Shown here: piece after piece, positions 18,625-29,607 of the stretch | Position numbering within the stretch: position 1 is the stretch's first letter | Layout of the letters: every line of letters starts with the position of its first letter | DNA from: Desulfuromonas sp. | GTDB taxonomy: Bacteria; Desulfobacterota; Desulfuromonadia; Desulfuromonadales; Desulfuromonadaceae | NCBI GenBank assembly: GCA_021162745.1 | Contig: JAGGYC010000113.1 | Span: 11,476-75,475, forward strand | DNA: 64,000 nt | Direction: 5' to 3' | Notes under the pieces: model-generated | Told to the model about the DNA's origin: nothing | The model's database searches: none | Seen by the model: only the letters and a program-made list of their open reading frames with translations | Made by a program: the position numbers and the translations under genes

Positions 18625-21183
18625 TCAGGAAGAGCTCTTCGGCAGGGCAATATAGAAGGTCGTACCATGGTCCGGACAACTCTCCAGCCAAGCTTGGCCG
18701 TGATGGGCCAGAATGATCTCTTTGACCAGGGCCAGGCCCAGTCCGGTGCCACCAATGCGCCGACAGTCACTGTTATCGACCCGATAGAAATGGTCAAATA
18801 TCAACGGTTGATCCGCTTCGGCGATCCCCATTCCCTGATCTGTCACGGAGATTTGAATGGTCGCATCATGATCGCGGGCCGCCAGGGTGATCATGCCGCC
18901 AGCGGGGGAATATTTGATGGCGTTGCTTAGCAAGTTCTTCAGCACCTGCAATAATTGGTCGCGATCCCCCCGCAGTGCGGGCAGATCTTCGGGGCATTCC
19001 AGCGTGATCTGATGCCGCTCGGAGGCATGACTGAACAGATGGGTGGCATCCCTGAGCAGAGGATACACGATGACATCATCAATCTTGGGGCTTAGTTTTT
19101 TGGCCCTGAATTGCTGCAGGTTGAGCAGATTGTCAATTAACTCTTTCAATTTCAAGGTCTCGTCATACACGGTACTGAGGCACTCCCGTCGCATCGCCGG
19201 TTCAGGGTCGTTTTCGATGATGAATTCGGTAAAGCCCAGCATGGCGGTCAGAGGGGTGCGCATCTCATGACTGACCATTGACAGCATCTCATTTTTCAAC
19301 TGTTCGAGCTTGAGCCGCTCGCTGATGTCATGGGCCATCAATACATACACCCGCTCCCCTTCCAGCTCGGTCTGTTGCATATGAATCTCCACCGGGTAGG
19401 TGGTGGCATCGCGGCAGCGATGTTTACCGATGAAAACCAATGTTTTCTTCTCCCCCGTGTTGAGGGGGTGTACCAGCTGCTTAAAGGTTTCGAGGTTCTG
19501 GTCGGCCAGAATATCGGTAATCTTGAGTTGCAGGAGCTGCCCCTGGCGATATCCTAGCTTCTTTCGTGCACCGAGGGTGGTACGGAGCAATGTCAGACGG
19601 GTTCCATCAATCAGATAGATCTCCTCCAGCGACGAATCCAGAATACGACCAAAACGACTGGCCAGCTGCTGTGCTTTTTTCAGGTCGGTGATATCGAGCA
19701 TGGTGCCGACAACACCGGCAACAGCACCACAGCCATCATGAAACAGCGCCTTATGATAGATGACATTGCGTGGCTGGCCCAGGCTATTGATTACCGTATT
19801 TTCATAGCATTGCACACCGCCGTTGCGGATCAACTCCTCATCGGATTGTTTTGCTTTTTCAGCAAGATTTTTGGGAAACAGCTCATCATTGGTCTTGCCG
19901 ATCAGGTCGTGCTGGTCTTCAGCAAAACCAAAAAAATCAACTCCAGCCTTGTTGCTGCCAAGATACACCCCTTTAGTATCACGATAAAAAAGCGGAACGG
20001 CAATAGCATCGAGCAACTCTTCCGTGAACTCCTTTTTCTCCTTCAGAGCATGTTCTGCCTGCTGACGACGAAAATTGTTACGTGTCAACACCATCACCGT
20101 CGCCACCAGCCAACCGAAGATCAGGACCACCCCCCACACCCCATAGCGATAGCGATAATAAAATGTCTGTGGTTCATTGATGATCTCGCTGTCGGCGGGA
20201 AACTGATAGCGTGACAGTCCCAGTCGTTTCATCTCCTGATAATTGAACCGATAATTGATCTGACCGATAATGGGGCCCGTATAATCCCGAATACTGCCAT
20301 GCTGTAGCAACTCATCCACCAGACGAACCGCTGCGATCCCCTGGTGTCTGCTGCTGAGCACGAACCCACCCAGTACCCCGTCCGTAATGTAATCGTCCCA
20401 CAGGGTATAGACCGGGATTTCGCTGTGAGCCCGCACAATCTTTGGAGCCAGACTGAGGGGATAACTGACTCCGTCGCGGTCGCGCAGATAACTCAATAAC
20501 AGTACCAGGGAGTCTTGAGGCAGGCGTTGAAGTGCTGTTTCCAGCTCAGTGGCAGGCAGACCGACCAGCGGTGTAAAACGCACCCGTTCGCTGTAGTCCG
20601 GCACTGCCGCATTCAGCTGTTCCTGCATCAGTTGACCGGTCTGGGTGACATCGCTGATAACGGCGATCTGCCGTGTTGAAGGGTGGAGTGACAGCATCAA
20701 ATCCAGCGTGGCCTTGAGATCATGTTGCTCGATGACGCCGACAAAATCATCATTTCCTCCCAGCATGGCAGGGGTGAAGTCGGCGATACCGCAAAAAACC
20801 ACCGGACTATCGTGAAAAATTTGTCGACGGTACAACGCCATAAAATTCAAGGCGTTGTTATCACAAGCGATGATGGCGTCAAAGGTGATGGGTGCGTATT
20901 TTAGTTGGTAGAGGGGAGCCAGCAGCGGGAACATGGTTTCCCGATTGATCCGTTTGGTATCCATGTATTCGATGAACAGCTCAACATCCAAGCCGGTGCG
21001 GGCAAATTCATCTCGAATCCCCCGCGTGAGCTCATCGGACCAGGCATAGCCCTGATGGTAGGAATGAAGCACCAGTATCCGTTTAGGTGGTAATGATTGA
21101 GCAGACCACGCCACGCCAGCGCTACCCAGAGTCCAGCACAGCAGTAAGCCTGTTATTACCAATGCACGAGTTATCATAATCAC
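18625..21183 (-). CDS. Membrane sensor histidine kinase (periplasmic substrate-binding-like domain, PAS-PAS, HisKA, HATPase)
   Basis: RILVLHSYH periplasmic domain, one TM, two PAS, SHEMRTPLT, NLLSNAIKYS, GGTGLGL. Confidence 0.92.
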   Translation of the reverse strand: MIMITRALVITGLLLCWTLGSAGVAWSAQSLPPKRILVLHSYHQGYAWSDELTRGIRDEFARTGLDVELFIEYMDTKRINRETMFPLLAPLYQLKYAPITFDAIIACDNNALNFMALYRRQIFHDSPVVFCGIADFTPAMLGGNDDFVGVIEQHDLKATLDLMLSLHPSTRQIAVISDVTQTGQLMQEQLNAAVPDYSERVRFTPLVGLPATELETALQRLPQDSLVLLLSYLRDRDGVSYPLSLAPKIVRAHSEIPVYTLWDDYITDGVLGGFVLSSRHQGIAAVRLVDELLQHGSIRDYTGPIIGQINYRFNYQEMKRLGLSRYQFPADSEIINEPQTFYYRYRYGVWGVVLIFGWLVATVMVLTRNNFRRQQAEHALKEKKEFTEELLDAIAVPLFYRDTKGVYLGSNKAGVDFFGFAEDQHDLIGKTNDELFPKNLAEKAKQSDEELIRNGGVQCYENTVINSLGQPRNVIYHKALFHDGCGAVAGVVGTMLDITDLKKAQQLASRFGRILDSSLEEIYLIDGTRLTLLRTTLGARKKLGYRQGQLLQLKITDILADQNLETFKQLVHPLNTGEKKTLVFIGKHRCRDATTYPVEIHMQQTELEGERVYVLMAHDISERLKLEQLKNEMLSMVSHEMRTPLTAMLGFTEFIIENDPEPAMRRECLSTVYDETLKLKELIDNLLNLQQFRAKKLSPKIDDVIVYPLLRDATHLFSHASERHQITLECPEDLPALRGDRDQLLQVLKNLLSNAIKYSPAGGMITLAARDHDATIQISVTDQGMGIAEADQPLIFDHFYRVDNSDCRRIGGTGLGLALVKEIILAHHGQAWLESCPDHGTTFYIALPKSSS

Positions 21184-21519
21184 CTACAGCAGGGCTAAAA
21201 ATAGCGACGTTTAAACAAGTGTAACGGCCATTTCAGCTTGCGTCTAGCACAAGGTGTTTAGCTGTCTTTAATTAAGTAACGTTCGAAATGATCTTGGTCC
21301 GGTTTGCCGGTGTCAAAGTCGTTGTGCAACGTCGCAGTTGTCGCAGTTCCAGCGTCGCTGCGACGTTGCAATCATGGTGAAAATCGCTGCCAACATGCGC
21401 AACTGACTGAAATTTGGCATAGCTGGTCATTGGTACATCTTTTGATAGAGTAAAAGGGTAGAGCGATAGAGTATTCAAAGGCGGTACCGTGAAAATGATG
21501 AATAAGGAGACGTGAAGTC

Positions 21520-24111
21520 ATGAACAGAGATCAAATGACACGTAATAGCCAGCAGGCTTTGCAGCAGGCCAGGGAATTGGCCTTACAGCAAGGCCACGCT
21601 GAAATCGATAATGAGCATCTGTTGCTGGCCCTGCTGGATCAGGCCGATGGCTTGGTGCCGCGATTGCTGGAAAAGATGGCGTTGCCGGTGGCCCGGATAC
21701 GCCAACAGCTACAGGCGTTGCTGGACAAACGCTCTCAGGTCAGTGGCACAGGGCAGCAGTTATACCTGTCTCCGCGTCTGGATCGGATGTTGAGTAAAGC
21801 ACAACATGAGGCCGAGAGTTTAAAAGACGACTACATCAGTGTTGAACATCTGTTGCTGGCCCTGCTCGGTGAAGATAAAAACAGCGAACTGGGGCAGCTG
21901 TTTGCCGGCTATCAGCTGACGCCTTCTAAGTTGTTGACGGTTCTCGAAGAGGTGCGCGGTCACCAGCGCGTGACCAGTGAAGATCCCGAGTCCACCTATG
22001 AGGTGCTGGAAAAATATGGCCGCGATCTGGTTTCAGCCGTTCGCGAAGGCAAGCTCGATCCGGTGATTGGCCGAGATGAAGAGATTCGCCGCGTGATCCG
22101 CATCTTGTCGCGAAAAACCAAAAACAATCCGGTGCTGATCGGTGAACCGGGGGTGGGTAAAACCGCTATCGTTGAAGGACTGGCACAACGCATTGTGCGT
22201 GGAGACGTGCCCGACGGCATGAAAGACAAAACCATCTTTGCCCTCGATATGGGGGCGCTGATCGCCGGGGCCAAATATCGCGGTGAGTTTGAAGAGCGCT
22301 TGAAAGCGGTGCTCAACGAAATCAAAAACAGCGATGGTCGCATTCTGTTGTTTATCGACGAGTTGCACACCATCGTCGGTGCCGGCAAGACCGAAGGGTC
22401 CATGGATGCGGGCAACATGCTCAAGCCGTTGCTGGCCCGTGGTGAGTTGCACTGCATCGGTGCGACAACTTTGGATGAACATCGCAAGCATATTGAAAAG
22501 GATGCTGCTCTGGAGCGGCGTTTTCAGCCGGTGGTGGTCAGTCAGCCGACGGTGGAGGACAGCATCAGTATCCTGCGTGGACTTAAGGAGCGCTTCGAGG
22601 TCTACCATGGCGTCCAGATTCAGGATCAGGCCCTGGTGGCCGCAGCGACCCTGAGTCAACGTTATATCTCCGATCGCTTTTTGCCGGATAAAGCCATTGA
22701 CCTGATCGACGAAGCCTGTGCCATGATCCGCACCGAGATCGATTCGATGCCGGCGGCCATGGATACGGCAGCGCGGCGGGCGATGCAGTTGGAGATTGAA
22801 GAGGCGGCACTGCTCAAGGAATCCGATCCGGCCAGCAAGGAGCGGTTGAAGACACTACAGGCCGAGCTGGCGGAACAGAAGCACGTGGTGGATACCTGCA
22901 AGGCGCAGTGGGATGTTGAGAAAGCGGCCCTGCAGCAGGTGCAGCACGTGCGTGAGCAGATCGAACAGGCGGGAAATCAGTTGGAAGCCGCCGAGCGCGA
23001 TTACGACCTCAACACCGCTGCCGAGATTCGTCACGGTCGTCTGCCGCAGCTTGAGCAGCAGCTTAAGGAACTGGAAGTTGCCGCCGCCGAACGCCCTGAA
23101 GGGCAACGGCTGTTGCATGAACGTGTCGGTGTCGAAGAGATTGCCGGTATCGTCGCCCGCTGGACGGGGATTCCGGTCGAACGGATGCTCGAAGGGGAGC
23201 GGGAAAAACTGCTCAAACTCGATCAGCTGCTGCATCAGCGGGTGATCGGTCAGCATGAAGCAGTCCAGTTGGTCAGCGATGCCGTCATCCGCGCTCGGTC
23301 CGGTATCAAGGATCCACGCCGTCCCATGGGGTCGTTTATCTTTCTCGGTCCCACCGGTGTCGGCAAGACCGAGCTGGCCAAGGCTCTGGCTGCGGCGCTG
23401 TTTGACAGCGAAGAGCAGATGGTGCGACTCGACATGTCGGAATATATGGAGAAACACACGGTCAGTCGTCTGGTGGGGGCACCTCCCGGTTATATCGGTT
23501 ACGATGAAGGGGGCCAGCTCACCGAAGCGGTGCGCCGCCGCCCATACAGCGTGGTATTGTTCGATGAGATTGAAAAGGCCCATCCCGATATCTTCAATGT
23601 GTTGTTGCAGATCATGGACGATGGCCGGATTACCGATTCCCATGGCCGCACGGTGGATTTCAAGAATACGGTGATCATCATGACCTCGAATATCGGTGCT
23701 GAATATCTGCTTCAGGATGAAGGCGCTGAGGTCAGCGACTCCGCTCGTCAGGCAGTGATGGCGGAATTACGCCGCCGGTTCCGGCCGGAATTTCTCAACC
23801 GTGTTGACGATACCGTGTTGTTTCAGCCGCTGAGTCGTGAGCAATTGGCGCAGATTATCGATCTACAGCTCGAGGAGTTACAGCAGCGGCTGTCTGATCG
23901 ACGGATCAGCATTGTTCTCAGTGATGAAGCCAAACTGCTGGTGTGTGATCGGGCTTATGATCCCCATTATGGTGCGCGGCCCCTTAAGCGTTATCTGCAA
24001 CATCAGTTGGAAACGCGTATCGGTCGGGCGCTTATCGCCGGTGAGGTGATGGATGACAGCCGAATTGAGGTAGGGGTAGAAAATGGTGAATTAAGCCTGA
24101 AGATGGAATAG
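21520..24111 (+). CDS. clpB: ATP-dependent disaggregase ClpB
   Basis: Two AAA+ modules (GEPGVGKT; GPTGVGKT) and a long middle coiled coil; 863 aa. Confidence 0.97.
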   Translation: MNRDQMTRNSQQALQQARELALQQGHAEIDNEHLLLALLDQADGLVPRLLEKMALPVARIRQQLQALLDKRSQVSGTGQQLYLSPRLDRMLSKAQHEAESLKDDYISVEHLLLALLGEDKNSELGQLFAGYQLTPSKLLTVLEEVRGHQRVTSEDPESTYEVLEKYGRDLVSAVREGKLDPVIGRDEEIRRVIRILSRKTKNNPVLIGEPGVGKTAIVEGLAQRIVRGDVPDGMKDKTIFALDMGALIAGAKYRGEFEERLKAVLNEIKNSDGRILLFIDELHTIVGAGKTEGSMDAGNMLKPLLARGELHCIGATTLDEHRKHIEKDAALERRFQPVVVSQPTVEDSISILRGLKERFEVYHGVQIQDQALVAAATLSQRYISDRFLPDKAIDLIDEACAMIRTEIDSMPAAMDTAARRAMQLEIEEAALLKESDPASKERLKTLQAELAEQKHVVDTCKAQWDVEKAALQQVQHVREQIEQAGNQLEAAERDYDLNTAAEIRHGRLPQLEQQLKELEVAAAERPEGQRLLHERVGVEEIAGIVARWTGIPVERMLEGEREKLLKLDQLLHQRVIGQHEAVQLVSDAVIRARSGIKDPRRPMGSFIFLGPTGVGKTELAKALAAALFDSEEQMVRLDMSEYMEKHTVSRLVGAPPGYIGYDEGGQLTEAVRRRPYSVVLFDEIEKAHPDIFNVLLQIMDDGRITDSHGRTVDFKNTVIIMTSNIGAEYLLQDEGAEVSDSARQAVMAELRRRFRPEFLNRVDDTVLFQPLSREQLAQIIDLQLEELQQRLSDRRISIVLSDEAKLLVCDRAYDPHYGARPLKRYLQHQLETRIGRALIAGEVMDDSRIEVGVENGELSLKME

Positions 24112-24205
24112 GTGCAGCAGCCTGCCGATCAGGGCAGTTAAACAACAGGAGCCTCTCGATTGTCATGATCGAGAGGCTCCTGTTGTTGTGTTGTCAGCGC
24201 GGTGT

Positions 24206-25558
24206 CTATTCGTCCTGCTCGGCGCTCAGCATCTCACCGATCAGGTCATATTCGGTGGTGTCGGTGATGCGCAGATCGACGATATCACCGACGTTGGCAT
24301 TGCCGGAGGTGATATACACCAGGCCATCAATATCCGGGGCTTGGCTGCTGCTGCGGCCCTGCAATAACAGTTCGGTCTCTTCACTGTAGCCTTCGACGAG
24401 CACCGGCACCACCTGATCGAGCAGCGCACGGTGTTTGCGGAACGATACCCGGCTCTGGGCTTTCATCAGTTTTTCCTGACGATGCGTTTTGACCTCCTCA
24501 TCCACCTGTTTGTCTAAGGTGGCTGCCGCAGTACCCTCCTCACGGGAATAGCAGAACACGCCGACCCGTTCGAAATAGCCCTCTTCGACAAAGGCCAGCA
24601 GTTGCTGGAACTGGTCGTTGGTTTCACCGGGAAAGCCGACAATGAATGCGGTGCGCAGGGTGATGTCGGGCACTTTGTTGCGCAGACGCTGCACCAGTCG
24701 GCGCAGTCCCTGTTCGTCAATGCGACGATTCATCGCCGTCAGAATGCCGTCGGCAATGTGTTGCAGCGGCAGGTCGAGGTAGTTGCAGATCTTCTCTTCG
24801 TCAGCTATCAGATCAATCAATTCATTGCTGATACCGTCGGGATAGGCGTAGAGCAGGCGTAACCATTGCAAGTCTTCAATTTTTACCAGCTCGCGTAGCA
24901 GTGCTTCCAGGCTGGCGTCATCATTGCGATCTTTACCGAAGGCGGTAATATCCTGGGCAATGAGGTTGATCTCTTTGACCCCCTTGGCGACCAGCTCGCG
25001 TACCTCGGTAACGACGGAGGCGATGCTGCGTGAGCGCAACGCGCCGCGTAGCTGGGGAATGATGCAGTATGAGCAGTAGTTGGAGCAGCCCTCGGCAATC
25101 TTGACGTAGGCGGTGTAGAAGGGGGTGGCCTTCAGCTGGGGCGTGGTGTGATCATAGAGCGAGTCGGGCTGGCCGACCACATTGAGCTGCTGCTGACCCT
25201 GTTGCCAGTCGTCGATAAACTCGACGATTCGCGCTGCATCGGCGGTGCCCATGAACAGATCCACCTCGGGCAATTCTGCCGCCAACTCCTGCTGATAGCG
25301 TTGCGGCAGGCAGCCGCAGACAATCAACATTTTGCAGGCCCCATCCTCTTTCAACTGCGCGGCGTCGAGGATGGTCTCAATCGATTCCTCTTTGGCGTCG
25401 TTGATAAAGGCGCAGGTGTTGATGATGAGGATGTGGGCGTCCTCCTCATTGGAGGTGATCTCAAAGTGTTCCGGTGGCAGATGGCCGAGCATCACCTCGG
25501 CATCGACCAGATTTTTCGGGCAGCCGAGGCTGACCATGCATACTTTTTGTTTCAACAC
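24206..25558 (-). CDS. rimO: Ribosomal protein S12 methylthiotransferase RimO
   Basis: [33 protein letters not shown]-terminal TRAM domain. Confidence 0.96.
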   Translation of the reverse strand: MLKQKVCMVSLGCPKNLVDAEVMLGHLPPEHFEITSNEEDAHILIINTCAFINDAKEESIETILDAAQLKEDGACKMLIVCGCLPQRYQQELAAELPEVDLFMGTADAARIVEFIDDWQQGQQQLNVVGQPDSLYDHTTPQLKATPFYTAYVKIAEGCSNYCSYCIIPQLRGALRSRSIASVVTEVRELVAKGVKEINLIAQDITAFGKDRNDDASLEALLRELVKIEDLQWLRLLYAYPDGISNELIDLIADEEKICNYLDLPLQHIADGILTAMNRRIDEQGLRRLVQRLRNKVPDITLRTAFIVGFPGETNDQFQQLLAFVEEGYFERVGVFCYSREEGTAAATLDKQVDEEVKTHRQEKLMKAQSRVSFRKHRALLDQVVPVLVEGYSEETELLLQGRSSSQAPDIDGLVYITSGNANVGDIVDLRITDTTEYDLIGEMLSAEQDE

Positions 25559-25631
25559 AATTCGTTGTACTCCATCGCCGGATGGCGGTTGTGGCGCTGT
25601 TTTTCAGAGGTTCCGGCTCAGGCCGTGGTTT

Positions 25632-26117
25632 CTATGAACGCATATTGACGTATTGCAGTTCAATGTCGAGGTCTTTGCCTTTGAGCAATTGCATCACGTC
25701 CTGCAGATCGTCGATCTTTTTGCCGGAAACGCGAACCTCATCCTCCATAATCTGTGGTTGCACTTTCAGCTTTGTTTCTTTGATCATTTTGATGATCTCT
25801 TTACCCTTCTCTTTCGAGATCCCTTGCACCAGGGTGATGTGCTGACGCATCGCACCGGCCGATGCCGTTTCCGGTTTCCCAAAGTCGAGGCATTTGGCCG
25901 AGACGCCGCGGCGGGTCAGTTTACCCTTGAGGATATCGATGATCGCCTGCAGTTTGTAATCGTCGGCGGCCAGAATGTCGATCGCTTCTTTTTTAAGATT
26001 GATTTCGTTGTGGGTTCCCTTGAAGTCGTAACGTTGATCAACCTCTTTGCGGGTCTGGTTAACGGCATTATCGACCTCTTGCAGGTCTATCTTGGAAACA
26101 ATGTCAAAGCTGGGCAT
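25632..26117 (-). CDS. yajQ: YajQ family nucleotide/c-di-GMP-binding protein
   Basis: [21 protein letters not shown]...RYDFKG...[11 protein letters not shown]; 161 aa. Confidence 0.95.
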   Translation of the reverse strand: MPSFDIVSKIDLQEVDNAVNQTRKEVDQRYDFKGTHNEINLKKEAIDILAADDYKLQAIIDILKGKLTRRGVSAKCLDFGKPETASAGAMRQHITLVQGISKEKGKEIIKMIKETKLKVQPQIMEDEVRVSGKKIDDLQDVMQLLKGKDLDIELQYVNMRS

Positions 26118-26158
26118 GAACGTTCTCCCTGGGTAGTTTGTGTGAAAAAACGGTTGGT

Positions 26159-26899
26159 TTATTTGAAGTTCAACTTTAAATCAGACGGTCGGACAATTTC
26201 AACTTTTTCGGGTAGTTCAAAGTGGAATTGTGCCAGCGGCGGCTGTTGATTAAGTGTCACGTTGCGGAATTCGAGTTCCGTGTTGTTGCCGCTGGGATCA
26301 AGGATTGCGGCGCGGCGTAACGGTAACCCGGCTGGCGGAGTTTTATCGCTGATCCAGTGGGGAACGGTCAGGGTCAGATTCTTGATATAGGTCGACGTTT
26401 TTTTCGGCGTCAACAATAGGCGGTAGTCCTGCTGATCGTTTTGAGCCGGATTGGCCCAACAGACATCAAAATACTGTTCCAGGCGGCCAAGGTTGCGTAA
26501 AAACAACATGGGATCGTTGCCCTGTTCCAGTGAATCCTCGACCGGTGAGATCATCACCTGATTATTGTCCGGCAGGTAAACCCACAGGGTTTGACCATCG
26601 GAGATAATCTGTTGGTTGCTTGGGACCTTGTAGATCCAGCGCAGCAGGGTTTTGGGCTCGGATGTCGAGGCTTGTTCGAAGCGCATGGAGATGGTGCCGC
26701 GACCCGTACGGGTGCGGCCGAGGCTGGCAATATGGGCTTTTTGATAAAATTCAGCATTAAAATCGTGGATGGCCGCTGGATGGTTAATGTCGGCAAAGCG
26801 CTGTTGAAGCGGTTTAAGTATGGCACTGGCCGCCATGGGCATAGCTGACGCCGTTAATGGCAGTAAAACAGATAAAACAAGAGTGAGAAGAGTGCGCAT
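26159..26899 (-). CDS. lolA: Outer-membrane lipoprotein carrier LolA-like protein
   Basis: Signal peptide; P[22 protein letters not shown] motif; next to yajQ-rimO. Confidence 0.75.
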   Translation of the reverse strand: MRTLLTLVLSVLLPLTASAMPMAASAILKPLQQRFADINHPAAIHDFNAEFYQKAHIASLGRTRTGRGTISMRFEQASTSEPKTLLRWIYKVPSNQQIISDGQTLWVYLPDNNQVMISPVEDSLEQGNDPMLFLRNLGRLEQYFDVCWANPAQNDQQDYRLLLTPKKTSTYIKNLTLTVPHWISDKTPPAGLPLRRAAILDPSGNNTELEFRNVTLNQQPPLAQFHFELPEKVEIVRPSDLKLNFK

Positions 26900-26937
26900 G
26901 CACAGTTCCTTTCTTTAGGGAAAAAGCAACGAGAGGC

Positions 26938-27948
26938 TTAGCTTTTAAAATGATTAAATCCTTCGGCACAAACCTGGTGTTCGCTACCATTGAGTTGGAC
27001 GATATTCAACCTTTTTTCTGCTGGCAGTAGAGTGCCGATACGGGTCAGGGGCAGGTTGAGCTGAGAGGACAGCTGGTCAAGATCGTCGCCGCGCCGCGGC
27101 GGTGCGCTAAACAGGAGTTCATAGTCTTCGCCGCCGCGCAAAATTGTGGTTTCATCTTCGGGATGTTGTTGTAGATGGGCGCGAACCTCTGGTGAAAGGG
27201 GGATTTGTTGTTGATCGATATGAGCCCCCAGGCTGGATTTCTTCAGAATGTGACCGAGATCCGCCAGTAAACCGTCGGAAATGTCGATCATGCTGCTGGC
27301 TAATCCCTGCTCCGCCAGGGCGCGGCCCAGTGCCAGTCGCGGTGTCGGACGGTGGTGACGCTGGCTGAGATAGTCGCTGGGCGTCTCCCCTTTCTTCAGC
27401 AGTGCCAGAGCTAAGGCACTGTCGCCGAGAGTGCCGGAAACATAGAGCGCTTCACCCTCTTGAGCACCATCGCGTCGGATCATCTGTGTTGCTGAAACAC
27501 TGCCTTGAACGGTGACTGAAATCAGCAGCGAGTGGTTGCTGCGGCAGGTATCGCCACCGCATAGAGTTGTCTGCGCCGCCAGAGCTTCGTCTAAAAAACC
27601 GCGGCAGAAATTATCCAACTCGATTCCGGCCAGATCCGTTGGCAGCCCGACGCCAAGGTAAAAATGGTGTGGTGTTCCGCCCATGGCAGCGATATCACTC
27701 AAATTGACGGCGGCACTCTTGCGACCCAGACTGTACATATCAGTCCAGCAGCGGCGAAAGTGAACGTCTTCGATTAGCAAGTCCTTGCTGGTTAACAGCA
27801 GTTTGTCTTCAGGCAGGGTTACCGCCGCGCAGTCGTCACCGATTCCGCAGACAACGTCAGGGCTCTGTAGTACTTGGCGTTTGATTCGATCAATCAGTCC
27901 GAATTCGCCCAGCTCTGCCAGGGATTTAAAAGGGGTGGATTCACTCAT
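26938..27948 (-). CDS. thiL: Thiamine-monophosphate kinase
   Basis: GEFGLIDRI, GIGDDCA, NLSDIAAMGG, GGDT, IDISDGL, GGEDYELLF. Confidence 0.96.
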   Translation of the reverse strand: MSESTPFKSLAELGEFGLIDRIKRQVLQSPDVVCGIGDDCAAVTLPEDKLLLTSKDLLIEDVHFRRCWTDMYSLGRKSAAVNLSDIAAMGGTPHHFYLGVGLPTDLAGIELDNFCRGFLDEALAAQTTLCGGDTCRSNHSLLISVTVQGSVSATQMIRRDGAQEGEALYVSGTLGDSALALALLKKGETPSDYLSQRHHRPTPRLALGRALAEQGLASSMIDISDGLLADLGHILKKSSLGAHIDQQQIPLSPEVRAHLQQHPEDETTILRGGEDYELLFSAPPRRGDDLDQLSSQLNLPLTRIGTLLPAEKRLNIVQLNGSEHQVCAEGFNHFKS

Positions 27949-28392
27949 CCGTCCAGCTTATGCAAAGAACAGCAAAAAGTCCAGTCTAAGCCAGCTATGA
28001 CGAGCTGTCCTGGGACAATTAGCGTCGATTTGGGGGCTTTTGTACCTGAATCTATGTTGTCGGGGGCTTGTTTATGTCTGGTTGTGGTTTTTGGTGGTGG
28101 AAAAATGTCGATGGTACGGGCTTTGTGGTTTGTGGCATAAGTTATAGTTATTATAGCTTTTTTCATTTTGTAACAGCGTACACCTGTTGTGGACTTAGTG
28201 TGTTGTTGGTTTGCTGGCGACCGCAATCGATTTATGTGGGGAGATTTTTTTCTGTGTGAAAGATTGAACGACAATGTCGTGAAGGATAATAGCTGAGGGC
28301 TTTTTCATTTGTTTAATGTTGACGAATAGAGCTTTGATCTGTGATAAATGTAAGGAGGATAAAAAGCTGTTCTAAATTTGCCGGGGCTACCG

Positions 28393-29607
28393 ATGAACTG
28401 CATTCTCTCTTTTACTCTGTTCTTTTTAGTACTCAGTTGTAACGTAACACTGCCGGTGTGGGCTGCACAGCGATCTGCAGATGATATCGTCCTTGGCATG
28501 TCGACGGCGTTGAGCGGTCCGACCGCCGAACTTGGGCGACGCATGCGTGATGGTGTTCAGATCGGGCTGGATCGCATTAACCGTGAAGGCGGGATCCGGG
28601 GCCGCGCGTTACAGCTGCGGGTCTATGATGATGGTTATGAGCCCTTTCGCGTCGCGCCGAATATGCGGACACTGATCGAAGTGGATCAGGTGCTGGCCAT
28701 TATCGGTAATGTCGGCACACCGACAGCGATAGCCGCCTTACCCATTGCCAAAGCCAACAATACCCTTTTCTTTGCTCCATTTACCGGTGCCGGTCTGCTT
28801 CGCAAAATGCCGCCTGAGCGTTATGTCGTTAATTTTCGCGCCAGTTACGCTCAAGAGATCTCAGCCATGGTCGATGCCTTGATTGATCAGGGTGGTCTGG
28901 ATGTCGATCAAATTGCTTTTTTTACCCAGCGTGATGGCTATGGAGATGCCGGCTATATCGGCGGTGTCGCCGCCTTGAAACGCCATGGTGTAAAAGATGA
29001 TCGAAGAATTCTGCATGTCCGTTATGAACGGAACACGTTGGCGGTGGAAAATGCCCTGGCTGATCTTTTATTCTCTCGTAACGATATCCGGGCTGTAATC
29101 ATGGTCGGTGCCTATGCGCCCTGTGCTAAGTTTATCCGCCTGGCGCGTCAGTCTGGACTGGACGCCTTGTTCCTCAATGTATCGTTTGTCGGTAGTGAAC
29201 TGTTGTTACGCAAGCTTGGTAAGGATGGAGATGGTGTTCTGGTGACTCAGGTTGTGCCACCGCTGGAGAGTGCTGCAGTGCCGATCGTGCGTGAATACCT
29301 GAAGGATCATAAGGCGTTTAATCCAGAAACTGTCCCTGATTATGTCGGGTTGGAGGGTTATGTCGCGGCACGTTTGCTGACGCTGGCCTTGTCGCGAATT
29401 GAAGGGGAACTGACCCGCGAGAGTATTGTTCAGGCCCTGGAGGGTTTGGGCCGTTTTGATCTCGGTTTGGGGGCGCCATTGCATCTCGGTCCGTTACAGC
29501 ATCAAGCCAGTCAACATGTCTGGGTGACACGGTTTGACGATGGTGACATCGTCCCATTCCAGTGGGCGCAGATCCGCTCGCTCCTGAGTCAGGGGGGGGG
29601 GCGATGA
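28393..29607 (+). CDS. Periplasmic ligand-binding protein (type I, branched-chain amino acid-like), sensor-associated
   Basis: Signal peptide, LGMSTALSGP, YDDGYEP, IGNVGTPT, RASYAQE. No ABC permease or ATPase nearby; stop overlaps the next ATG (ATGA). Confidence 0.85.
   Translation: MNCILSFTLFFLVLSCNVTLPVWAAQRSADDIVLGMSTALSGPTAELGRRMRDGVQIGLDRINREGGIRGRALQLRVYDDGYEPFRVAPNMRTLIEVDQVLAIIGNVGTPTAIAALPIAKANNTLFFAPFTGAGLLRKMPPERYVVNFRASYAQEISAMVDALIDQGGLDVDQIAFFTQRDGYGDAGYIGGVAALKRHGVKDDRRILHVRYERNTLAVENALADLLFSRNDIRAVIMVGAYAPCAKFIRLARQSGLDALFLNVSFVGSELLLRKLGKDGDGVLVTQVVPPLESAAVPIVREYLKDHKAFNPETVPDYVGLEGYVAARLLTLALSRIEGELTRESIVQALEGLGRFDLGLGAPLHLGPLQHQASQHVWVTRFDDGDIVPFQWAQIRSLLSQGGGR

Noticed and set aside
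21244-21270. CTAGCAC... as a possible CIRCE upstream of clpB
   Set aside because: Only part of one half-site matches; no GAGTGCTAA arm at 9-bp spacing.
28112-28150. Two TGG(C/T)A boxes upstream of the binding-protein gene
   Set aside because: Neither has GC at the required 10-bp spacing.
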